64,000 bases of DNA from an uncultured Bacilli bacterium (GTDB lineage: Bacteria; Bacillota_I; Bacilli_A; RF39; UBA660). The stretch is taken from NCBI GenBank assembly GCA_934129945.1, contig CAKOXC010000004.1, forward strand, positions 2,579-66,578, in the 5' to 3' direction. Numbering within the stretch: position 1 is the stretch's first letter; each line of letters begins with the position of its first letter. The position numbers were made by a program, and so were the translations under genes. The notes beneath the pieces are model-generated. The model saw nothing but the letters and a program-made list of their open reading frames with translations, ran no database searches and was not told the origin of the DNA. Positions 27,719 to 37,458 of this stretch are shown here, piece after piece.

Positions 27719-30154
27719 TTGGTGGTGATTTTTTTGAATAATTCTAATAATGATAATATTTCAAATAATAATCAACAAACTACTAATTTAAATAATAAAA
27801 ATATAAATATGCCAAATAATAAAGTTAATAGAGAAAATCCATCATCTTCACAAGATGTTACACATACACTAGGAAAAGGAGTAGCAACTCATTTTGGTGG
27901 TGGTATTGGTAATAAAATTTATGATGAAGCAAGTAAGACAAAACTTGGTCAGAAAATAGAAAAAAATGCTTCTAAGCAAATTGATAGAAATCCAATTGCA
28001 TCAAAAGTTGCTAATGGATTAAGTAGTGCAGGCGCAACAGATAAAGCAAATAGTGCGATTGATGCTTTAAGTTTTAAGTCAGGTGGAAAATGTTTTAATA
28101 GTAATTTAAATAAAGGTGCAAAAAGTACTAATAAAAAATTAAATAATAATAATTTTTCTGTTAATAGTCCAATTAGAAATAGATCTAGTTTAAATCAACC
28201 AACTCTTTTAAATGATGGACTTGATCAAGCTCCAGATTTTGAAAATATGACTCCTGAAGAAATTGAAGACTATAGATTAAAACAAGAGGAATTGGAGCAA
28301 ATAAACCAAGAAAAAGAAAAAAAAGAAAAAAATGATAAAAGAAAAAAACAGGTAAAATCAATAATTGAATTTTTTGTAAGACATCCTCAATTATTACTTA
28401 TTGTTGGAATAGCATTATTAATAATTTTTGTCCTTATAATTTTAATTTATATGATTTCTTCAGATATGGATTTAGTTGGTAATAGAGGCGTTGGGTATGA
28501 CAACGCAGAACAAGTAAGTGGATATTGTGAAAATATTATTTTAATAAAAGAACATGATGATTTTCCTGGGGCAGCTGTTGCTTCAATAGATGATGTTAAT
28601 TTAGAAGAAACATTTAGATTAAATAATAGAGATGTTAAAAGATATGAATATCAAACTTATTCATTGGAAGAATATGTAAAAGGAGTATTACAAGCAGAAA
28701 CATCAATTATAAAAGAAGAAAAAACATATGAAGTTGCTGCTATTGTAGCAAGAACTTATGCTGTTGAAATAGCTAATAAAAACTGTTATGTTTGGGATAA
28801 TAATAATAAAAGAAGTGAATATAAAAATCCACAAAATTTTAATCATGATAATATAGATAGTGATATTTCAGAAGCAGTTTCTAAAACTACAGGATTAATT
28901 GCATATGATAAAGATCAAATAATAGATATGAGTCAAGATAGTTATTATGATTATTTTTGTTATAATAAAATTACCAATAGTAGTTCGGAAGATCAATCTT
29001 ATTATGAAATGATTCAAGAAAATGAAGAAGAAAATTTATTGATTTCTGTTGATTGGACAAAAGATAATAATAATGTTGCTGATGGTGATGCTAAGAAATG
29101 GAATTTTAGTGGTAAATATAATGGTGGTGGATATAATAATAATTGTCAAAAAAATGGTTTAAGTCTTTATGGTGCAAAATACTTGTTGAATAAAGAGTAT
29201 AATCCTTATGATACGATTAGAGTATTAATGTATTATTATACCTATGATTTAGAATTGAAAAAAGTTGGTTCTTTTATTGCTAGTGATGGATGTTTTTGGT
29301 GGCCAACTGACGGTACAATAATAACTTCAAGGTTTGGATTAAGAGATGCTCCAACAGCTGGTGCTTCAACAAACCATGGTGCAATAGATATTGCTGTTAG
29401 CCAAGGAACTAATGTATATGCAACAGCTAATGGAAAAGTAACCGTTGCAGGAGCTGTATCAGGCTATGGATATGCGGTTTATATTGATCATGGAAATGGA
29501 ATTGTTTCAAGGTATGGACATCTTAGAGCAGATGGTATCAAAGTTTCTGTAGGTCAAAATGTTTCAGCCGGGGATATAATTGCTTTATCAGGTAATACAG
29601 GAATTTCCACAGGACCCCATCTTCATTTTGAAATTAGATTAAATGATGTAAAGGTTGATCCACTAAATTATGTAAGTCCAATCGATCAACGTCCAACTTG
29701 TACAAATTCAGGTGGAACAATAGTTGATACAGGAGAAAATTCTTCTTCAATTTGTATGACTTTAAAAAATAATGGATTTACTTCACCACAAATTGGTGGT
29801 ATTATGGCAAATTTATTTGCAGAATCAGGATTTAATCCTGCATCATTTAACCCTGGTGGTGGTGGACAAGGAGCATATGGTATAGCTCAGTGGCGTGGTA
29901 ATAGACAGGCTGCGTTAAAAAGTTTAGCTAATTATGATACTCTTGAAGTTCAATTATCTTTCTTATTAAGTGAATTAAACTCTTCAGAAGCAGCAGCAAA
30001 AAGTTCCTTATTATCATCAGGTGGTGATGCTAATAGTTTAGCTTATGTTTTCTGTTCAAAATATGAAAGACCTGGCGGAACAATTTGTACAGAAAGACAA
30101 AATTCTGGTAATGGTTTATCTTATTCAAATTATGCTACAAATAATTGTAGTTAG
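27719..30154 (+). CDS. Three-domain secreted peptidoglycan hydrolase (SpoIID/LytB-like + M23 peptidase + phage-tail-lysozyme-like domain); probable start is the TTG at 27734
   Basis: N-terminal TM; YEVAAIVARTYAVE (SpoIID-like); HGAIDIA...GYGYAVYIDHGNGIVSRYGHL...GPHLHFEIR (M23/LytM); GIMANLFAESGFNP...GAYGIAQWRGNRQ (phage tail lysozyme-like). Confidence 0.8.
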   Translation: MVVIFLNNSNNDNISNNNQQTTNLNNKNINMPNNKVNRENPSSSQDVTHTLGKGVATHFGGGIGNKIYDEASKTKLGQKIEKNASKQIDRNPIASKVANGLSSAGATDKANSAIDALSFKSGGKCFNSNLNKGAKSTNKKLNNNNFSVNSPIRNRSSLNQPTLLNDGLDQAPDFENMTPEEIEDYRLKQEELEQINQEKEKKEKNDKRKKQVKSIIEFFVRHPQLLLIVGIALLIIFVLIILIYMISSDMDLVGNRGVGYDNAEQVSGYCENIILIKEHDDFPGAAVASIDDVNLEETFRLNNRDVKRYEYQTYSLEEYVKGVLQAETSIIKEEKTYEVAAIVARTYAVEIANKNCYVWDNNNKRSEYKNPQNFNHDNIDSDISEAVSKTTGLIAYDKDQIIDMSQDSYYDYFCYNKITNSSSEDQSYYEMIQENEEENLLISVDWTKDNNNVADGDAKKWNFSGKYNGGGYNNNCQKNGLSLYGAKYLLNKEYNPYDTIRVLMYYYTYDLELKKVGSFIASDGCFWWPTDGTIITSRFGLRDAPTAGASTNHGAIDIAVSQGTNVYATANGKVTVAGAVSGYGYAVYIDHGNGIVSRYGHLRADGIKVSVGQNVSAGDIIALSGNTGISTGPHLHFEIRLNDVKVDPLNYVSPIDQRPTCTNSGGTIVDTGENSSSICMTLKNNGFTSPQIGGIMANLFAESGFNPASFNPGGGGQGAYGIAQWRGNRQAALKSLANYDTLEVQLSFLLSELNSSEAAAKSSLLSSGGDANSLAYVFCSKYERPGGTICTERQNSGNGLSYSNYATNNCS

Positions 30155-30165
30155 AAAGGAATAAA

Positions 30166-31023
30166 ATGACACAAGAAAATAAAATAAAATTAAAAATAAT
30201 ATTAGTTATATTTTTAATATTTTGTGCTTTGTTTATAGTAATATACATTAATAAAGGTAAAACTAATAATAAAGATAGTAACACATTAAAATTATTAGAA
30301 GTAGATAACTATAATATATATTTTTCAGTTCAAAAAAATCTAAATAAATTTATTGAATATTATGTTAAAAATGAAAAAAGTTCAGTGTATAACATGCTAA
30401 ATGAAAAATATAAAAAAGAAAATAATATTGATTTAAATTCAAACATTAAACTACTAAATACATTTTCTGAAAATGCTTATCTTAAAAATTTAAAAGAAAA
30501 GTACTATAAATTAAATGATAACGTAAATTGTTATTATGTTAAAGGTGATTTATATGAAGATTCTTTTGAAGAAGATAAATTTTTAGAAAATAATATTCAT
30601 TTTTTAGTATTAATTGATTATAATAATATAACATTTGAAATTATTCCAGTTGAATCACTTGAAGATTCTATAAAATGGATAAAAAAATTAAATAAAGATT
30701 ATGAAATTACGAAAAATAATTATAATGCTTTAGAAGGGATAAATGTAATTACTAAAGAAAATATCTGTCTAATGTATTTATCAGATTTTGTTACATTAGC
30801 AACAAATAATCCTAAAGAAGCATATAAATTAGTTGAAAATTTTGATACTTATGACAAGTTTTCTAATTTTTTAAAAACATCAGGTCAAACTTTTGTAGTA
30901 AGTTCGTGTGAAGTTTATAAAAGCAACAAGAAAAATATTTATAGTATTGTTGATGGTAATAAAATTCATTATAGATTTACTGAAAATAATATTATGGATT
31001 ACACGGTTACTATGACAAAATAA
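30166..31023 (+). CDS. Bitopic membrane protein, unknown; VirB8/TcpC-like candidate
   Basis: N-terminal TM then about 250 aa soluble domain; placed between the hydrolase and the coupling protein. Confidence 0.35.
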   Translation: MTQENKIKLKIILVIFLIFCALFIVIYINKGKTNNKDSNTLKLLEVDNYNIYFSVQKNLNKFIEYYVKNEKSSVYNMLNEKYKKENNIDLNSNIKLLNTFSENAYLKNLKEKYYKLNDNVNCYYVKGDLYEDSFEEDKFLENNIHFLVLIDYNNITFEIIPVESLEDSIKWIKKLNKDYEITKNNYNALEGINVITKENICLMYLSDFVTLATNNPKEAYKLVENFDTYDKFSNFLKTSGQTFVVSSCEVYKSNKKNIYSIVDGNKIHYRFTENNIMDYTVTMTK

Positions 31024-31080
31024 TTATTTTAAAAACTATAATTTTATAGTATAATAATAAATGAATCGGAGGAGTTACAA

Positions 31081-33258
31081 ATGAAATTTAGAGTTACTAA
31101 AAAAGATTTAACAATATTTATAGCATTTTGTATTTTATTGTTATATTTATGTGCAATTGCTATATTAAATTTTGAATCATTTGCAAACTCAGGATCTTTT
31201 TATGGGTTGTTACCATTTAAAGCATTTACATTACATTATTTGCCATTAACCTTAGGTATGTTCTTTATATCTTTAATTGTAATTTTTTCTAGTGTTTCTT
31301 CTTATATATTTAATAAAGAAAAAGGCAAAGGTATAGGAGTTAAAATAGGCGAAAAAGAAAATAAGGGATATTCAAGATGGGCTAAAGAAAAAGAAATAGC
31401 TGAAGATAAAGGCGTTGAATGTGTTGATCCAGCCGCTGATACAATTCCAGCCGCTGGAGTACCACTTTTTTATAAAAAAGATAAAGTATACGTAGATAAC
31501 AGTCAGTATCATAACTTAATACTTGGAACTACAGGAAGCGGTAAATCAGAATCTATTGTTAAACCAATGGTAAAATTGTTAGCTAAAAATGGTCAAAGTA
31601 TGATTATTGCTGACCCTAAAGGTGAACTTTATTCTGATACATCTGAAGAATTAAAAAAACGTGGGTACAACATTATTGTTTTAAATTTTAGGGATCCTCA
31701 AAAAGGAAATTCTTGGAATCCATTAACATTACCTTATAGATTTTATAAAGCAGGAAATATTGATAAAGCTACTGAACTTTTAGACGATGTTGCCCTAAAT
31801 ATTTTACAAGATCCTAATAATAAAAATGATCCATTTTGGGAGAAAAGTGCAGCAGACTATTTTTCTGGACTTGCTATGGGATTATTTCAAGATGCTAAAG
31901 AAGAAGAAGTTAATTTAAATTCAATTAATTTAATGAGTACTGTAGGTGAAGAAAGATTTGGAGCAAGTCATTATATTAATGAATATTTTAAAATGAAAGG
32001 TGAATCTTCTTCAGCTTATATATTAGCTTCTGGAACTATTAATTCTCCAAGTGATACTAAGGGTGGAATTTTATCAACTTTCCGCCAAAAAATAAGAACA
32101 TTTTCATCACGTGAATTTTTATCAGAAATGCTATCTTACAGTAATTTTGATATGTCAAAAATAGGGCAAGAAAAAACAGCTGTTTATATGATAATTCATG
32201 ATGAAAAAACTACTTATCATAGTTTACTTACTATATTTATTAAACAATGTTATGAAACTTTAGTAGATGTTGCTAATGAAAATGGTGGTAAATTACCTAT
32301 TAGAACAAACTTTATTCTTGATGAATTTGCTAATATGCCACCACTTAAAGATGTTGGATCTATGGTATCTGCTGCTCGTAGTAGAGATATAAGATTAACA
32401 TTTATTATTCAAAACTTTGCTCAACTTGCTGATGTTTATGGAAAAGAAGTTGCAGAAGTTATAAAAGGAAATTGTAATAATTTAATATATTTATTATCTA
32501 CAGAAATGGCAGCCTTAGAAGAAATTTCTAAAATTTGTGGTGAAGTAAAATCTAAAGAAAAGGATAAAACAGCATCAACTCCATTAATTACTGTAACTGA
32601 TTTACAAAAATTCAAAATGGGCGAAGCACTTCTTTTAAGAAGTAGAAAATATCCATTTAGAACAAAATTAAAAGCTGATTTTGAAATAAATTGGGGAATG
32701 GAGAAAAAAGAAGGAGTTTTACCAGAACGTGAAAAACGTGAGGTAGAATTATTTGATTTAAAAAAATTCGTTTCAGAAGAAAAAAGAAAAAGAATGATGG
32801 AAAATAATAATGGTGATATGTCATTAAATCAAATGAATAATCCATTTGGAGGTATGATGGGAGCTAATCCATTTAGTGGATTAAATCAGACTCCAAGTCC
32901 GATGCCAAACCCTTTTAAACAAAATCCAATGGCTGATATTGATATTGATAAAGTAATGGCAGATATTGATAAAAAGTTAAAAGAACTTGAAGAAGAAGAC
33001 GAAAAAGAAAAAAAACAACAAGCAAAAGTTCAAGAAAATAAAGGTGATAATGTTAATCTTGATAAAGAAATAAAAAAAGAAACACCTGTATTTGAAATTC
33101 CTAAGAGTGATGAAAAAGATAATTCTAAAGTTTCAGATATTTCAAATAATGTTCAAAAGACTGATAAGCCAAAAATAAATGTTGATGTTGATAGTGTTAT
33201 TGTTAATGATAATATTATTACTGATGATGAATTTTTTGATGATTTCTTTCAAGATTAA
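31081..33258 (+). CDS. virD4: VirD4/TraG-family type IV coupling protein (T4CP)
   Basis: Two N-terminal TMs; Walker A LILGTTGSGKSE; Walker B NFILDEFANMPP; acidic/Pro-rich C-terminal tail. Confidence 0.85.
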   Translation: MKFRVTKKDLTIFIAFCILLLYLCAIAILNFESFANSGSFYGLLPFKAFTLHYLPLTLGMFFISLIVIFSSVSSYIFNKEKGKGIGVKIGEKENKGYSRWAKEKEIAEDKGVECVDPAADTIPAAGVPLFYKKDKVYVDNSQYHNLILGTTGSGKSESIVKPMVKLLAKNGQSMIIADPKGELYSDTSEELKKRGYNIIVLNFRDPQKGNSWNPLTLPYRFYKAGNIDKATELLDDVALNILQDPNNKNDPFWEKSAADYFSGLAMGLFQDAKEEEVNLNSINLMSTVGEERFGASHYINEYFKMKGESSSAYILASGTINSPSDTKGGILSTFRQKIRTFSSREFLSEMLSYSNFDMSKIGQEKTAVYMIIHDEKTTYHSLLTIFIKQCYETLVDVANENGGKLPIRTNFILDEFANMPPLKDVGSMVSAARSRDIRLTFIIQNFAQLADVYGKEVAEVIKGNCNNLIYLLSTEMAALEEISKICGEVKSKEKDKTASTPLITVTDLQKFKMGEALLLRSRKYPFRTKLKADFEINWGMEKKEGVLPEREKREVELFDLKKFVSEEKRKRMMENNNGDMSLNQMNNPFGGMMGANPFSGLNQTPSPMPNPFKQNPMADIDIDKVMADIDKKLKELEEEDEKEKKQQAKVQENKGDNVNLDKEIKKETPVFEIPKSDEKDNSKVSDISNNVQKTDKPKINVDVDSVIVNDNIITDDEFFDDFFQD

Positions 33259-33298
33259 AAAAAATTAAAATTTTTTGAAATTTAATAGATTTTGAAAA

Positions 33299-33326
33299 TT
33301 GGTAAAAATAACTTTACCAATTTTTG
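33299..33326 (+). terminator. Rho-independent terminator (first of two) closing the cluster
   Basis: TTGGTAAA-loop-TTTACCAA then T5. Confidence 0.6.
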
Positions 33327-33335
33327 TATTTTTGT

Positions 33336-33364
33336 ATACAGATTTTAAAAATCTGTATTTTTTA
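33336..33364 (+). terminator. Rho-independent terminator (second of two)
   Basis: TACAGATTT-loop-AAATCTGTA then T6. Confidence 0.6.
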
Positions 33365-33440
33365 ATGGCTTCAAATAAGCAAATTTGCAATTTGCATTAT
33401 TTTAAAACACCTGTTATTATGCAAAAAAAGGGGGAAATAT

Positions 33441-34253
33441 ATGAAAAAATTTTACAGTTGTCGTTATGATAGAACATTTAAAGAAGTATTTTTAAATCCC
33501 AAGAATGAAGATTTACTAGAATCCTTACTAGAAGATATATTAAAAGTGAAAATAGAAATAAAAAAAATACTTCCAACAGAGTTAATAGTAGGTAATAATA
33601 TAATAAAATCAAAAAGAGTAGACGCCTTAATACTTGCTACAAATAAAAAGATAGAAATAGAGATAAATGCAAGTATTAATGAATATGTGTATATAAGAAA
33701 TACTGCATATATTTGTAATATATATTCAACTAATGCCTTAGTTGGTGATACATATAATCAAAATATTGATATAATTCAAATAAATCTAACATGGGGACTA
33801 GATTATGAAGAAAGCAAAAGAGAATTTAGAATAATTGATAAAAATGGAAATGTGTATGTAAAAAATTTACTAATAATAGAAATAAATATGGAATATTATA
33901 AAAAAATTTGGTATAGTAAGGATGAAAAAAAGATAAAAGAAAATGAACTTTTAGTAATGTTAGATTTAAATGAAGGGGAGTTAAAGAAAATGCCAAAGAG
34001 TGATAAGATATCAGAAAAATATGTAGAGAGTGTAACAAAAGTAAATAACGATCCATTTTTCCAAGAGTATATGAGTCAAGAAGAAGATCAAAGAAAGATG
34101 CAAAACTCATTAATAAGAGAAGCAGAAGATAAAGGAAAAGAACAAGAAAAAATTAACATAGCAAAGAGTTTAATACAAAGTGGTATGAGTTTAGAAGATG
34201 TTTCTAAACACACAAAAATAGATATTAGTAAATTAAAGAAAATGAACTTTTAG
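33441..34253 (+). mobile_element. Rpn-family recombination-promoting nuclease / PD-(D/E)XK putative transposase gene
   Basis: N-terminus ..DRTFKEVFLNPKNEDLLESLLEDILKVKI.. and helix-rich C-terminal module typical of YhgA/Rpn (transposase_31) proteins. Confidence 0.6.
33938..34128 (+). repeat. Direct repeat copy 1 (about 190 bp, near-identical to 34238-34428)
   Basis: GAAAATGAACTTTTAGTAATGTTAGATTTAAATGAAGGGGAGTTAAAGAAAATGCCAAA... recurs with only a few mismatches. Confidence 0.8.
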
Positions 34254-34428
34254 TAATGTTAGATTTAAATGAAGGGGAGTTAAAGAAAATGCCAAAAAGT
34301 GATAAAATATCAGAAAAATATATAGAGAGTGTAACAATAGTAAATAACGATCCATTTTTTCAAGAATATATGAGTCAAGAGGAAGATCAAAGAAAGATGC
34401 AAAATTCATTAATAAGAGAAGCAGAAGG
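34238..34428 (+). repeat. Direct repeat copy 2
   Basis: See copy 1. Confidence 0.8.
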
Positions 34429-34588
34429 ATCAGGATATGAAAAAGGCATTAAGCTTGGTGAAGAAAAAGGAAAAATTAAAATGGTAAAAAATATGTTAAA
34501 TGAAAAAATTGATATTAATACCATTTCTAAAATAGCAAATTTATCAATTGAAAAGATAAATAAGATTAAGAAGAATTTAGTATCATAA
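34256..34588 (+). pseudogene. Partial tandem duplicate of the Rpn transposase C-terminal module
   Basis: Encodes LDLNEGELKKMPKSDKISEKY... identical to residues about 170-230 of the 33441 ORF, then a diverged C-terminus; lacks the nuclease N-domain. Confidence 0.5.
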
Positions 34589-34690
34589 AAATAAAAAATG
34601 AAAATTAATATTAGTAAGGTTTAACTTACTTTTTTTATAATATTGAATAAAAAATAAAAATAATTCCATACTATAACTAGGTGAAAATCA

Positions 34691-35125
34691 ATGAATAAAG
34701 AGGAATATAAAAAATTAGTAAAAAAGCTTACTCCAAAAGAAGATAAGCTTAAAAATGTTATAGTTGCTTTTTTAATTGGTGGTTTAGTTGGATTTTTAGC
34801 CGAATTATTAACAGAAATATTAATTAATTGTTATTCTTTTGAAAGAGATATTGCATCAATATGGGTGTGTATAACAGTAATATTTTTTGGCAGTATATCA
34901 ACTGCCTTAAATTTTTTCGATGATTTAGTAGCAAAAGCAAAAATGGGTTTGATATTGCCAACTACCGGATTTGCTCATTCGATTACAAGTAGTGCTTTAG
35001 ATTATAAAAAAGATGGTGTTATTTCACTTGGTAGTAATTTCTTTCGTCTTGCAGGAAGCGTAATACTATATGGAATGGTAAGTGCTTTTTTCTTAGCCTT
35101 ATTAAAGGTGATAATTTATGGCTAG
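34691..35125 (+). CDS. spoVAC: Stage V sporulation protein AC
   Basis: 144 aa membrane protein with the SpoVAC-type N-terminus (KKLTPKEDKLKN..AFLIGGLVGF); followed by spoVAD and spoVAEb in canonical order. Confidence 0.75.
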   Translation: MNKEEYKKLVKKLTPKEDKLKNVIVAFLIGGLVGFLAELLTEILINCYSFERDIASIWVCITVIFFGSISTALNFFDDLVAKAKMGLILPTTGFAHSITSSALDYKKDGVISLGSNFFRLAGSVILYGMVSAFFLALLKVIIYG

Positions 35126-36092
35126 TTTAAAATATAATAACTGTTATATAAAAGATTCTTTTTCAATAGTTGGGCCAATGGAAAAAATGGGCCAAATAAA
35201 GAGTTATGATATGGCAATTAATGATTATTATTTTGGTGAAAAAACATTTGAAAAAGCAGAAGTAAAAATGCAACGAACAGCAATTGACAATATACTTATT
35301 AAAAATAGTTTAACTCACTCAAATATTGACGTAGTAGTAGGTGGAGATTTATTTAATCAAATTGGTATAACATCAAATGCTTTAGAAAATTATAACATTT
35401 CTTTTTTAGGAACTTATAGTGCTTGCGCAACATTTGTAGAAAATTTAATAATATCAGCTAATTTATTAAGTAATAAAACAATAAAAAAAGTATTAACAAT
35501 TACATCAGCACACAATTTAACTGCAGAAAAGCAATTTAGATATCCTGTTGAATATGGAAGCCCTAAACATAAATCAAATACATTTACTGCAACTGGCTGT
35601 GTAGCATGCCTTTTAACTAATGAGGTAAATAAAGTAAAAATAGAATCAGCAACAATAGGTCAAGTAATAAATATGGGAATAAAAGATGTAAATAATATGG
35701 GAGCTGTTATGGCACCTGCTGCAGCCAGTAGTATTGTAAAACATTTACAAGAAACTAAAAGAGATGCTAATTACTACGATATAATATTAACTGGAGATTT
35801 AGGTAATGTAGGTAGTGAAATTTTAAAAGAATATATGAATATTAATTACAAAATAAAACTTAAGAATCACATGGATGCAGGAATGCAAATTTATACAGAA
35901 AGCCAAGATGTTAATGCTGGTTCATCAGGCCCTGCTTCTTTACCATTAGTATTATTTAATAAAATTTTAAAAAATAAGAAGTATAAAAAAATATTAATCG
36001 TTGGTACAGGTTCATTACATACACCGACACTTGTTAATCAAAAAAATACAATTGGGGCAATAGCACATATTGTAAGTTTGGAGGTTTTATAA
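35118..36092 (+). CDS. spoVAD: Stage V sporulation protein AD (thiolase-like fold)
   Basis: 324 aa; thiolase-like Cys (YSACATF); canonical position; overlaps spoVAC by 8 nt. Confidence 0.75.
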   Translation: MASLKYNNCYIKDSFSIVGPMEKMGQIKSYDMAINDYYFGEKTFEKAEVKMQRTAIDNILIKNSLTHSNIDVVVGGDLFNQIGITSNALENYNISFLGTYSACATFVENLIISANLLSNKTIKKVLTITSAHNLTAEKQFRYPVEYGSPKHKSNTFTATGCVACLLTNEVNKVKIESATIGQVINMGIKDVNNMGAVMAPAAASSIVKHLQETKRDANYYDIILTGDLGNVGSEILKEYMNINYKIKLKNHMDAGMQIYTESQDVNAGSSGPASLPLVLFNKILKNKKYKKILIVGTGSLHTPTLVNQKNTIGAIAHIVSLEVL

Positions 36093-36439
36093 TGTTAATA
36101 AAAGCATTTTTAATAGCAGGGTTATTTTGTATGATTGCTCAAATAATCCTTGATAATTTTAAAATAACTCCTGGTCATGTTACATCCTTATTCACAGTAA
36201 TTGGAGCTATATTATCATTCTTTGGAATATATGATAATTTAATAAAATATGCTGGAAGTGGTGCTACAGTTTTAATTTCTAATTTCGGTCATATGCTTTA
36301 TACTGGAGCAATTGAAGGATTCAAAAATGAAGGTTTAATAGGGCTTTTCACAGGACTTTTATCAAAATCTTCAGCAGCAATTACAAGTGCAGTAATATTT
36401 GCTTTTATATTTACAATTGTTTTTAAGCCAAAAAGTTAA
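36092..36439 (+). CDS. spoVAEb: Stage V sporulation protein AEb
   Basis: 115 aa membrane protein directly after spoVAD. Confidence 0.7.
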   Translation: MLIKAFLIAGLFCMIAQIILDNFKITPGHVTSLFTVIGAILSFFGIYDNLIKYAGSGATVLISNFGHMLYTGAIEGFKNEGLIGLFTGLLSKSSAAITSAVIFAFIFTIVFKPKS

Positions 36440-36487
36440 GATTAACTTTTTCTTTTTTTTATTTTTTGATATAATAGTTCAAGAAGG

Positions 36488-37453
36488 ATGATAAATATGG
36501 GGAAAAGAAATAAAAAAGAACAGATAGTTATTAATAATGAAGAACTACAAACAACTACTTTAGGTTATCTAGAAGATGAAAAAAGAGGTCCTTTTGGATT
36601 AATATTCTTATTTTTAATATTTATAGTTTTTGCCTTTTTTTTACCAGAGATTACAAATTATGTTAATAAATTAATGGGGAAAAATACAACTGGAATAATT
36701 GAACCTACTATTGACCCTACTAAAAAAGATGATAAAGATAATAATGAAGAAGAGGCAAAAATGTATGATATTGCTGATTCTTTAACGTTTGACTATACAA
36801 GTATTAAATTTTCAGAATTTAAAAAATATGAAGATAATAATAAATATTATATATCTTTTAGATTAGATAATAATAGTGACAAAATGATTGATTTAAGCAA
36901 ATCTAAATATTTTATTGAAACTTATAGTGAAGATAAAACATTATTAGAAAGACATATTTTTAATTATACTAAATTAAATACTAAATCTTATACTACTGAG
37001 ATAATTGAATTAACTTATGATGAGTATAATAAAGCTAATAAAATAATTATTTCATATAAAACATTAGAAGATTATCCAGAAGTATCTTTAAATATTGATA
37101 CTAATTCAGAATATGTATTATCTTGTAGTAATTCAAAAAATAAGTTAATTTATACATTTAATAAAGATAGTAAATTAGTAAGAATTAACGACACAGTTAA
37201 TTATGCAAATGATAACAGTAGCAATTATGCAAATGCTCTAATTAATTATCGTAATCAAGTAGCTAATTTTAACAATATTGATGGTATTTCTTCAAGCTTG
37301 GTAGAAATAACTACTGGGTTTACAGTAACTACTGATGTAAATGTTAAAACAGTTAATTTAAATAGTGTTAATAATAGCAATTACTATGGAACAGATGCTA
37401 TACCAAAAGAAGTTAAATTTGAAATGGAATCAAGAGGTTATAGCTGTAATTAA
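36488..37453 (+). CDS. Hypothetical membrane-anchored protein
   Basis: N-terminal TM (GLIFLFLIFIVFAFFL); Asn-rich ectodomain. Confidence 0.4.
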   Translation: MINMGKRNKKEQIVINNEELQTTTLGYLEDEKRGPFGLIFLFLIFIVFAFFLPEITNYVNKLMGKNTTGIIEPTIDPTKKDDKDNNEEEAKMYDIADSLTFDYTSIKFSEFKKYEDNNKYYISFRLDNNSDKMIDLSKSKYFIETYSEDKTLLERHIFNYTKLNTKSYTTEIIELTYDEYNKANKIIISYKTLEDYPEVSLNIDTNSEYVLSCSNSKNKLIYTFNKDSKLVRINDTVNYANDNSSNYANALINYRNQVANFNNIDGISSSLVEITTGFTVTTDVNVKTVNLNSVNNSNYYGTDAIPKEVKFEMESRGYSCN

Positions 37454-37458
37454 GGGAA

